Part shown: positions 57,079 to 64,000 of the stretch, in pieces
How positions within the stretch are numbered: position 1 is the first letter of the stretch
Layout of the letters: each line of letters opens with the position of its first letter
DNA from: a virus
Strand: one strand, 5' to 3'
DNA length: 64,000 nucleotides
IMG/VR virus record: IMGVR_UViG_3300042698_000029
Coordinates: 32,001 to 96,000 of that record
Notes under the pieces: model-generated
What the model was told of the DNA's origin: nothing
Database searches by the model: none
Seen by the model: the letters and a program-made list of their open reading frames with translations, nothing else
Position numbers and translations under genes: made by a program

Positions 57079-57351
57079 ATGAACCCAACCGAGGAGACTC
57101 CCGCCGCCGTACCCGCCTCCCCGCCCCTCCGAGAGCAGTGGGTGTGGTTGGGCTCATGGGGAGCCGGTCGCCGGTACGTCACCGGCACCGTGGAGAAGGG
57201 CCAGCCCGTAGTCCGGGACGGCGGTCATGTGTACGTGTGCCTGCGCGAGCATTTCTCCACCGAATATGACCGGCCCTCTACGGGAGGCTCCTTCTGGGGA
57301 CACGTCGCCTCTTTCTGCTGCCCTTCCTCCGAGGTGGAACTCCGGGGTTAA
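57079..57351 (+). CDS. Small protein resembling a CBM5/12 carbohydrate-binding module
   Basis: W....Y...VVRDGGHVYVCLREHFS....P.....W. Confidence 0.5.
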   Translation: MNPTEETPAAVPASPPLREQWVWLGSWGAGRRYVTGTVEKGQPVVRDGGHVYVCLREHFSTEYDRPSTGGSFWGHVASFCCPSSEVELRG

Positions 57352-57577
57352 TCCCCTCAAGAGGGGTCCGGAAGGGGGATATTCCTCTCGTTCGGGCTGG
57401 TGTCCTCTGCCAGGTGGATCTACGGGCTTTATCCTTTTGCCGGACGGCGCTCCTCACACTGGTGGCCCAAAAGGGAGGGGCGTCGTCGGGGATACAGGGC
57501 CCGCATGGGTGGCCCTGTACGAGAAAACGGGCTGGTTGCCTTCACGGTGACCAGCCCGTTTTCGTTGAACGCTCAAA

Positions 57578-57804
57578 GTCTCATCGTCACTCTTCGTATC
57601 GTCTCAGCGAAGTTTCATGATCCATAGAGTGAGACTTTTGATGTCACACTAAGTCACTGGAAATCATGACAAAAAGGTCAGGGTCTCACGAGACGTTGAG
57701 ACGAGTCTCACGGACGTCTCACCGTCTCACCCGGTCCCACCTGCACGTTTTCCCGTGCGACGTGGCCCACTCCCCAAGGGCGCCTCCCCGTGAGACTCCG
57801 AGAC
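57578..57804. repeat. GTCTCA/TGAGAC repeat cluster upstream of traB
   Basis: GTCTCA at 57578, 57601, 57683, 57705, 57716, 57724; TGAGAC at 57630, 57697, 57791; CGAGAC at 57689, 57799. Confidence 0.7.
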
Positions 57805-57844
57805 TTTGGTGACTGTCCGTGCGTCAGGCGAGGGGTGCCGGAGA

Positions 57845-57860
57845 AGTGATCTAGATCACA
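57845..57860. promoter_or_regulatory. CRP-type box upstream of traB
   Basis: AGTGATCTAGATCACA, 15/16 match to TGTGATCTAGATCACA. Confidence 0.65.
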
Positions 57861-57930
57861 TAAGAGGCCCGTAGAACTATCTGGACACGGTCCGTACGGT
57901 GAGAGGTCGATCCCCGAAAAGGAGTCCGCC

Positions 57931-59991
57931 ATGCTGCACGCATCCGTACCCGCCGCCCAGTTGAATTCCGCTACCGAATACCTGGCCGCCACCGGCGGCG
58001 CGGGAGACGCCCTCCAGTGGGTCATCATCTGGGGCGCCATCCTCTGCGGAGTCCTCTACTTCGTCCGTTACCGCGACGGAGATCACGAGATCTCCGAGGA
58101 CTTCGGCAAAGTGTTTCGCCGCACGGGGATGAAGAGGGGCTCCACGCCCGAGAAGGCGGAGGAGGCCCCGGAGCCTGTCGAGGAGGCCGGGCCCCTCTCG
58201 GCGGCCGACGTCGAGGCTCTCGTGGAGCGCAAGCTCGCCGAGCGGATGCCGTCGATGTCCGGTTCTGTCACGATTCCCGGCATCCCCCGTCAGCGCGCGG
58301 GGGACCAGGTTCCTCCCCCCTCCATGCCGGTGAGCTTCGAGAAGGCCCCTGAGGCCGTCCAGGAGCCGCTGCCCGTCGTAGAGGCTGCTCCCCTCCCCGC
58401 CGCCCCTGCGAAGCCCGTAGAGGCCGTCCAGGAGCCCGTCAGCGCCCCGGCGGCCGAAGCCTCTGCGCGTCCTCGTGAGCGCCTGGTCGTGCCCGAAGTG
58501 AAGAAGGCCCCCCCGGCCACAGCTGCCACATCCGCCCCTCGCATCACGCGGGAGGACGAGCCCCTGGAGGCCACCCCGGAGGAGAAGGAGCTGCTCGACA
58601 AGCTCGCGCCCCAGGTGTGGGAGAAGATCTCCCCCACGCGCAAGCTCGGCGGGACCGTGGTGGAGAGCGCCGTCCTGACCCGGGCCGGGATCCAGGCCGT
58701 GATCAAGCTGAACGGCGACTGGACCCTGCCTAAGTTCCAGGGCCGCGAGGAGTCCGTGCGCATGCTGCTGGAGGTCCGCAAGGACGTCATGACCCGCATC
58801 ACCGAGTCCGACAAGTCCGGCTGGGTGGTCCTCAGCCTGCGCACCCGCAGCGCCTGCCCGACCTTCATCCCCTGGTACCCCGGAGCCCCGCTGGGGTTCT
58901 GCACCGTGACCGGCAAGGAGATCCGGGTCGACTTCCGCAGGCACCTGGCCATTGCCGGAGCCTCCAACATGGGCAAGTCCGTGACAGCCCGGAACATCTT
59001 CGCCGAGGTGTGCTTCGACTCCGTGGCCGCCCTGATCTACTGCGACCCCAAGATGGTGGAAGGCGCGCTCTGGCGGGGCCGGGCCCGGGTGGCTCTGGAC
59101 CCCGATGAGATCCACGACGTGGCCCTTGAGCTGGACGAAGAGAACACCCGGCGCAAGAACGTCATGCAGCAGCAGGGCTGGGACAAGTGGATCCCCTCCG
59201 AGGAGGCTCCCACCCTGATCGTCCCCGTGGACGAAGGCGCCTCCCTGGTGGCCGACGCCAAGGACTCCTCCCTGGAGAAGGAGGAGAAGATCATCCGCAA
59301 GAAGACCCTCTCCATCTTCGTCAAGGGGGCCCGGGAGTGGCGCTCCCAGGGCATCCACATCATCTGGATGACCCAGTACCCGACCGTGGAAGAGGGGATG
59401 CCGCAGCAGATCGGCGCCAACATCCCGGACCGGATCTCCATGGCGCTCGGCATGGAACGGCACGCCGAGGTCGTCTTCGACAAGGAGAACGTCGCCAACG
59501 GCTGGAAGGCCCACAAGCTCCCCCGCGACCCCAAGGGACTCGCCCTGGTGAAGGTGGGCGAAGAGTGCGAGCCCAACCCCGTGCAGGTCGTCTACCTGGA
59601 CAAGGACCGGATCGCCGAGCTTCCGCTGTCGGGCATCTGGTACCCGTCGGGAGTCCGGTACGCCAAGGAGGTCACCGACGAGCCGGAGCCCGTGGACGAG
59701 GCCAGCATCGAGCAGGGCGAGCCGGAGGACGCCGAGCCCAAGGTTGCGGTGAACGACCAGGCCACGACCCTGATCACCCGGGACGGCGAGACGGTCCTGG
59801 TCGAGGAGCCATTCACCTCCGAGGAGAAGGTCCTGATGGCCCTGGAGATGTCCGAGACCGGTCTCATGGCCTTCGCGGACCTGATGAACGAGACGGCCAT
59901 CCCCAAGCCCACCCTCTACCGGCTGCTCAACGCCATGCTGGAGAAGGGGAAGATCGCTAAGGGCGGTCACGGCGAGTGGAAGCTCCCCTGA
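57931..59991 (+). CDS. traB: FtsK/SpoIIIE-family conjugative DNA translocase (TraB-like)
   Basis: N-terminal TM, AGASNMGKS, CDPKMVE, VDEGASL, RSQGI..WMTQYP, C-terminal winged helix. Confidence 0.85.
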   Translation: MLHASVPAAQLNSATEYLAATGGAGDALQWVIIWGAILCGVLYFVRYRDGDHEISEDFGKVFRRTGMKRGSTPEKAEEAPEPVEEAGPLSAADVEALVERKLAERMPSMSGSVTIPGIPRQRAGDQVPPPSMPVSFEKAPEAVQEPLPVVEAAPLPAAPAKPVEAVQEPVSAPAAEASARPRERLVVPEVKKAPPATAATSAPRITREDEPLEATPEEKELLDKLAPQVWEKISPTRKLGGTVVESAVLTRAGIQAVIKLNGDWTLPKFQGREESVRMLLEVRKDVMTRITESDKSGWVVLSLRTRSACPTFIPWYPGAPLGFCTVTGKEIRVDFRRHLAIAGASNMGKSVTARNIFAEVCFDSVAALIYCDPKMVEGALWRGRARVALDPDEIHDVALELDEENTRRKNVMQQQGWDKWIPSEEAPTLIVPVDEGASLVADAKDSSLEKEEKIIRKKTLSIFVKGAREWRSQGIHIIWMTQYPTVEEGMPQQIGANIPDRISMALGMERHAEVVFDKENVANGWKAHKLPRDPKGLALVKVGEECEPNPVQVVYLDKDRIAELPLSGIWYPSGVRYAKEVTDEPEPVDEASIEQGEPEDAEPKVAVNDQATTLITRDGETVLVEEPFTSEEKVLMALEMSETGLMAFADLMNETAIPKPTLYRLLNAMLEKGKIAKGGHGEWKLP

Positions 59992-60102
59992 TCCTGAGGG
60001 ACCGCTTGGCAGAGCCCCGGAGTCGGTGGTTGACTCCGGGGCCTTAGTCCGTTTGGGGACGACACAGTCGCACTGAGCTGCGACGGAAGGAAGCGATCCG
60101 TC

Positions 60103-60390
60103 ATGAGTACCACCTACGACACCGAGTGGATGTCTCAGATGGCTTGCACGGGCCACGACCCGGACGAGCTCTTCATGGACGGGGCCGCCCAGAGCCGGGG
60201 CAAGAGGATCTGCGCTCCGTGCCCTGTGAAAGCGGAATGCCTGGCGTACGCCAAGGAGCGCGGCATCGACCACGGTGTGTGGGGCGGCTTCACCGACCGG
60301 GAGCGGCGTGAGCTGGACCGGAAGTTCCCTTCGGTCACCGACTGGAAGCGGTTCATCCTGGACGCCAGGTCCCGGCAGGGCGCGGTCTAG
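60103..60390 (+). CDS. whiB: WhiB-family Fe-S transcription factor
   Basis: AC...DPDELF, ICAPCPVKAECL, GVWGG. Confidence 0.95.
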   Translation: MSTTYDTEWMSQMACTGHDPDELFMDGAAQSRGKRICAPCPVKAECLAYAKERGIDHGVWGGFTDRERRELDRKFPSVTDWKRFILDARSRQGAV

Positions 60391-60510
60391 ACCTCCAGAA
60401 GCACCGCTTCAGTGCACACAGGAAGGCCCCCTCCGTTATCAGGTCGGAGGGGGCTTCCCCATGATCAGGTATCAGGGTGAACCGGAGAAATGCAGTCCGC
60501 TTGCCTTCCC

Positions 60511-60906
60511 TCACCTCTGGTACAGGACCTCTCCGAGAGAGTAGGTCTGAACCAGAGCGTCGATGTCTCGTTCCGAGAAAGACGTGACCTTCTCGTCATA
60601 GAGGTCCTGGATGAGAGACCAAGCGCTTCCGTGGTCCAACGGCAGCCGCGCTTCCACAGCCGCCTTCAGTCCATGGGCGAGCGACAGCGTCGTAGCCAGG
60701 TAAGCCTTAGGTTCTGGATCATCGTGCCGGGTCAGCCACAGCACCTGCGAGTGCGGGTCTTCCACCGAACCGACGCGGCTGCGGCGCACGGTCGCCCAGT
60801 GGGAGCAGGCGCCGTTCTCCACGAGATCCAGCATCTGCTTCCAGTACCGATCGGCGATGCGCGCGGGTTGGAGGGTCAAATCGAAAGAAGGGTCGTGTTC
60901 GTGCAC
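60511..60906 (-). CDS. Hypothetical protein
   Basis: Plausible ORF between terminator hairpins at about 60421-60459 and 61008-61048. Confidence 0.55.
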   Translation of the reverse strand: MHEHDPSFDLTLQPARIADRYWKQMLDLVENGACSHWATVRRSRVGSVEDPHSQVLWLTRHDDPEPKAYLATTLSLAHGLKAAVEARLPLDHGSAWSLIQDLYDEKVTSFSERDIDALVQTYSLGEVLYQR

Positions 60907-61057
60907 TCTTCAGACATCCCTCCACAATATGCGACCATGCCTGGGTGATCTCGGGGGAGAGCACACGTTCCGGCAGTTTCGGAACAGAGTTGAAGATCAG
61001 CCCAACAGAGAAGCCCCAGGACATCGAGAGTGTCCTGGGGCTTCTTCTCGTGCGCGA

Positions 61058-61420
61058 TCACAGGGACGTCTTGCCGGACGCCGGAGGGTGGCTGTCCGCC
61101 GTAAGGATGAGGATCAGGTGTTCATCGCCTTCGTCGGCTTCTCCGGAGGCTACGAGAACCTTCAGCTCTTGTTGATCGCCTTCGACCCACCAGCACCGCC
61201 ACGCGGCTCCCCGGCGAGACAGGTAAGTCTCGTAGGTCTTTCCGCCGGTCGCCTTGTCGAGTTGCGGGTAGCGCTGCGTTTTGATGCCCGGCCCCTCGAA
61301 GGGGTCTTGGGCCATGGACTGGAAGACTCCCGCGATGTCGGCCGCGAGCTGCCTGTCCTTCTTCATGGCCTTGGCGAGGATCTTCTCCGCCTTCGGTGTG
61401 AGCTCCAGGTGCCAAGTCAT
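61058..61420 (-). CDS. RelE-like toxin
   Basis: WHLELTPKAEK, DP..PGIKT, YETY, AWRCWW, SHP terminus; 4-bp overlap with the upstream gene. Confidence 0.6.
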   Translation of the reverse strand: MTWHLELTPKAEKILAKAMKKDRQLAADIAGVFQSMAQDPFEGPGIKTQRYPQLDKATGGKTYETYLSRRGAAWRCWWVEGDQQELKVLVASGEADEGDEHLILILTADSHPPASGKTSL

Positions 61421-62148
61421 TGGGCTTCCTCCAGCATCTTGGCGAGGAACGTCTTGGCGCTGATACCGCGAACTCCGTCTTGGATCCCCTTCACGGATTC
61501 GACTACGTCGTCCGTCACGTACTGAGGAGGTACTTCGTTGTTCTCGGGCAGGAGCGCGATGACCACCTCCATGGGCATGTACGGCGTGACATCCCCTTCG
61601 ACGCCACGGTCAGCCAGCATCTTCTTGAGCTTCTTGCTGACGTGCATCGTCCCGTTCAGGACGAGCACCGGTACGAGGGTGATGACGCCGTCTTCGCTCA
61701 CGGAAGCCTCGTAGGCCGTGTGAGCCCCGGCGAGGTCCTTGAGGCGGGCGCGTCCCTGGGCATCGAGAGAGATCAGGCCGGACGATTCGCGCGCAACACA
61801 GACCTCCTGCTCCGGGTCGTACCCGCGAGTCAGGTCCTCCTCGGTAACCCCGGCGTCCTTCAAGTACTCGAAGACCTGCTGGAAGTCGATCGTGTCGGGG
61901 AATGTCTCCGTCCAACCTCCGTGGGGCATCTGGTGAGGGGAGAGGAAAGAACCGGGGTGAAGCTCACGGAGACGGCCCAGCACGTGCCCTTCCATCGTCA
62001 GGGACTGGGAAGAGGGGAAGGGGCCGAGATGGACGACCTTCTCCCACCCGTCGCTAACGAGGGCCTTGACCCGCGCCTCCTTTCCCACGCCAACCTTCAG
62101 GGCGCCGAACTGAGCGTGACGGAGGACGTAGATTCCGGTAGTACGCAC
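61417..62148 (-). CDS. GIY-YIG/T5orf172-like domain fused to an AbrB-like antitoxin domain
   Basis: GIYVL...LKVGV...RV...GWE...GWTETF, then SLDAQGRARL...DGVITLVPV; GAGGAG RBS. Confidence 0.55.
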   Translation of the reverse strand: MRTTGIYVLRHAQFGALKVGVGKEARVKALVSDGWEKVVHLGPFPSSQSLTMEGHVLGRLRELHPGSFLSPHQMPHGGWTETFPDTIDFQQVFEYLKDAGVTEEDLTRGYDPEQEVCVARESSGLISLDAQGRARLKDLAGAHTAYEASVSEDGVITLVPVLVLNGTMHVSKKLKKMLADRGVEGDVTPYMPMEVVIALLPENNEVPPQYVTDDVVESVKGIQDGVRGISAKTFLAKMLEEAQ

Positions 62149-62312
62149 AGCAACTCCTCGGGGAGGTCTTCGACTTGATGTACCTAGCTTATCAAGCGCA
62201 GCTCTCTGGATAAGAGCTAGTACCTGTGATGTATGCGACAACGAGGAAGCCCCCAGCCAGTACGTCGACTCGGGGCTTCCTGTGTTCCGGCTCCAGCGCG
62301 GCCGGAGCACGA

Positions 62313-63047
62313 TCAGAGCTGTTCCTCGTAGTGCAGGTACCCGGTCCCCGGGCAGACCTTCACGGCAACCTCTACGACCCGGTCGTCCTCCAGGTACACC
62401 GTCCGCACGTCCACCAGAACCGTGGTCCCCTCTTCCAGCCCAAGGAGGTCCAGTTCCTCGGAGTACGCGGGCCGGGAGGTGATGTCGTGGGAAGCCCTGT
62501 CCTGGGGACTGCCGAGCCTCTCGGAGGCCAGCTCCCGCGATCCGCCCGTAGAAGTGGTTCCTGACAGTTCCGGAACCTGGTTCATGACGTAGGAGGGGTA
62601 GTAGGAGCTTGAGAGGTGAGAGACGGTGCCGTTCCGGGAAACCACCCTGACCCGCACCTGAACCGGATGTCCCGGAGCGACGCCCAGACGTTCGGCCACC
62701 ACCTCATCAGCGGCCGTCACTTCGGATCGGACGATCCGGGAAACTTCCCCTTCCCGCAGTGCCCGTCCGGTCTCCGCGTGGCGCCGCACCCGGTCCGCGA
62801 TGGAAGGACTCGACACGACGGCCGGACGGTAAGCGACTGAAGTCCCGCTTCCCGAGGACGCAACAGTGAGTCCGTCGTTCTTCAGGACCTGGTAGGCCCT
62901 GTTGGCCGTGGCCATCGAGATCTTGAACTGGTCGCAGACCTTGCGGAGGGTGGGCATCCGGGCGCCCGGGGGCAGCTCGCCCGACAGGATCTTCGTCCGG
63001 AAGTAGCCCACCACCTGGTGGTATGTCCCACGGGTGCTTTCCGTCAT
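62313..63047 (-). CDS. GntR-family repressor with UTRA domain (KorSA/TraR-like)
   Basis: YHQV...ILSGELPPGARMPT...ATANRAYQVL...GSGTSV; UTRA SSSYYP, ITSRPA. Confidence 0.92.
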   Translation of the reverse strand: MTESTRGTYHQVVGYFRTKILSGELPPGARMPTLRKVCDQFKISMATANRAYQVLKNDGLTVASSGSGTSVAYRPAVVSSPSIADRVRRHAETGRALREGEVSRIVRSEVTAADEVVAERLGVAPGHPVQVRVRVVSRNGTVSHLSSSYYPSYVMNQVPELSGTTSTGGSRELASERLGSPQDRASHDITSRPAYSEELDLLGLEEGTTVLVDVRTVYLEDDRVVEVAVKVCPGTGYLHYEEQL

Positions 63048-63138
63048 GATCTTTTCCCCTATCTTGCTCTGAAGTGTTGCACATCACTCTGTTCTGCTCT
63101 AGATTAAATGACGCAAGCAGCGCACGGCAAGAGAGATC

Positions 63139-63160
63139 CACTGTGAAGTGGCTCACAGTG
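63139..63160. promoter_or_regulatory. Perfect CRP-type box in the divergent promoter region of GntR
   Basis: CACTGTGA-AGTGGC-TCACAGTG. Confidence 0.65.
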
Positions 63161-63270
63161 TTCGGATAGTTCCAATCTATCCTGACACAAAACGGAGTGT
63201 CGCCTCGCGAGATGGCCTGTGATCCGCACGAAAATGTACGGAAACCCGAAGCGTCCCAAGGGAGCACACC

Positions 63271-63471
63271 GTGTACGACCCCCTGTTCGAGCCTGCGCGC
63301 ACCTTGAACACGAACTACCTCGCCGAGGCGCTCCACTCACTGCGGCAGGTCACCCCTCCCCGTCTCGAAGACCAGGCGTACGGAGCTGACGGAGTCTTCG
63401 ACGTGACGTCCTACTTCGAGTCTCTTCGAAGGGAGCTCGACCGGATCGAAGACGAGTGGAAGAACCTCTGA
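63271..63471 (+). CDS. Small hypothetical protein
   Basis: GGAG RBS; hairpin downstream. Confidence 0.55.
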   Translation: MYDPLFEPARTLNTNYLAEALHSLRQVTPPRLEDQAYGADGVFDVTSYFESLRRELDRIEDEWKNL

Positions 63472-63554
63472 CAAGCAAACAGGGCCCCCGCTACCAACGA
63501 GGGCCCCAGATCAAGCAGTTCCCAACCGAAGCCATCGGATAAGGAGTCTTCAGC

Positions 63555-63881
63555 ATGAACGACATCGATACCGACCGCAAGGACCGAATCACCTCCGTCG
63601 TAGACCTTCTTCAGACGCGGCATGGTGACCTCTTCAAGACCTTCCCCGTTGCCCGGCAGGCGCGGGAGGTAGTGAGTGCGGTGCAGGGTCTGATCGCCTC
63701 CGACGAAGTAATGGTCATCATCCGACGGGTCTCCGGTGACCGGCCCAAGCAGGCAGCGGTCGCGAACGCTCTCGCCCGTGCCAAGGAGAGGGGACTCATC
63801 CACAGTCCGCGCAAGGGACTGTGGGGTGCCTCCCTGGCAGGGGGTGTGTACGGAGGAGGGTCCGACCCGACCTCCCCCTGA
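63555..63881 (+). CDS. Winged-helix-like hypothetical protein
   Basis: AAGGAG RBS; AVANALARAKERGLIHSPRKGLW; terminator at about 63925-63958. Confidence 0.6.
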   Translation: MNDIDTDRKDRITSVVDLLQTRHGDLFKTFPVARQAREVVSAVQGLIASDEVMVIIRRVSGDRPKQAAVANALARAKERGLIHSPRKGLWGASLAGGVYGGGSDPTSP

Positions 63882-64000
63882 CGGGGCGAGCCCGCTCCTG
63901 ATGGAAGAATGACGGCAGAAAAGCGAAGGAGCCCCTGGTGTGGATCAGGGGCTCCTTCAGGTACGAACTCCCCATCCCCATGGGGTGCGCGCGATGTCAC

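Noticed and set aside
56448-57804. Repeat clusters as a CRISPR array
   Set aside because: Units are about 6 bp, irregularly spaced and in both orientations
6674-60273. Long antisense ORFs (e.g. 6674..8689, 18010..20343, 27910..30408, 33489..35051, 57877..60273)
   Set aside because: Typical high-GC shadow frames opposite genes with clear motifs
45093-62282. Recurrent GAAGCCCC...GGGGCTTC palindromes as a mobile repeat family
   Set aside because: Inner sequences differ and the copies sit at gene ends; ordinary Streptomyces-type terminators
1-64000. Integrase/att sites, ParAB, rRNA or tRNA genes
   Set aside because: None recognised in the window; they may lie outside it

Overview
High-GC actinobacterial (very likely Streptomyces) element combining a siphovirus morphogenesis operon (3.4-27 kb) with a DNA metabolism block (27-43 kb) and a Streptomyces plasmid-type backbone (44-64 kb). 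The morphogenesis operon has an intein-containing TerL, portal, protease/scaffold, Mu gpT-like capsid, neck, tail tube, chaperones, a 1726-aa tape measure and baseplate. The DNA metabolism block has a RuvC-like resolvase, family A polymerase, primase-helicase, RecT-like annealase, Cas4-like exonuclease and UvrD helicase. The backbone has an ori-like iteron/AT-rich locus, Rep-like ATPase, Prim-Pol, two GntR-UTRA repressors, Spd-like membrane proteins, FtsK-like TraB, WhiB and TA-like modules. It reads as a conjugative phage-plasmid. No integrase, ParA, small terminase or endolysin was recognised inside the window. Most notable: (1) about 13 CRP-type boxes (TGTGA-N6-TCACA) at gene boundaries, in an element that also carries an adjacent CYTH-fold gene and a metallophosphoesterase; (2) a eukaryote-like, lysine-free ubiquitin homologue lacking the C-terminal GG, divergent from a protein carrying an anthrax-PA-like FFEIGGSV hairpin; (3) a secreted SSI-family protease inhibitor ending the tail operon; (4) a class 3 intein, an apparent +1 tail-chaperone frameshift and three distinct short-repeat clusters. 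All calls come from motif recognition by eye; no searches were run.
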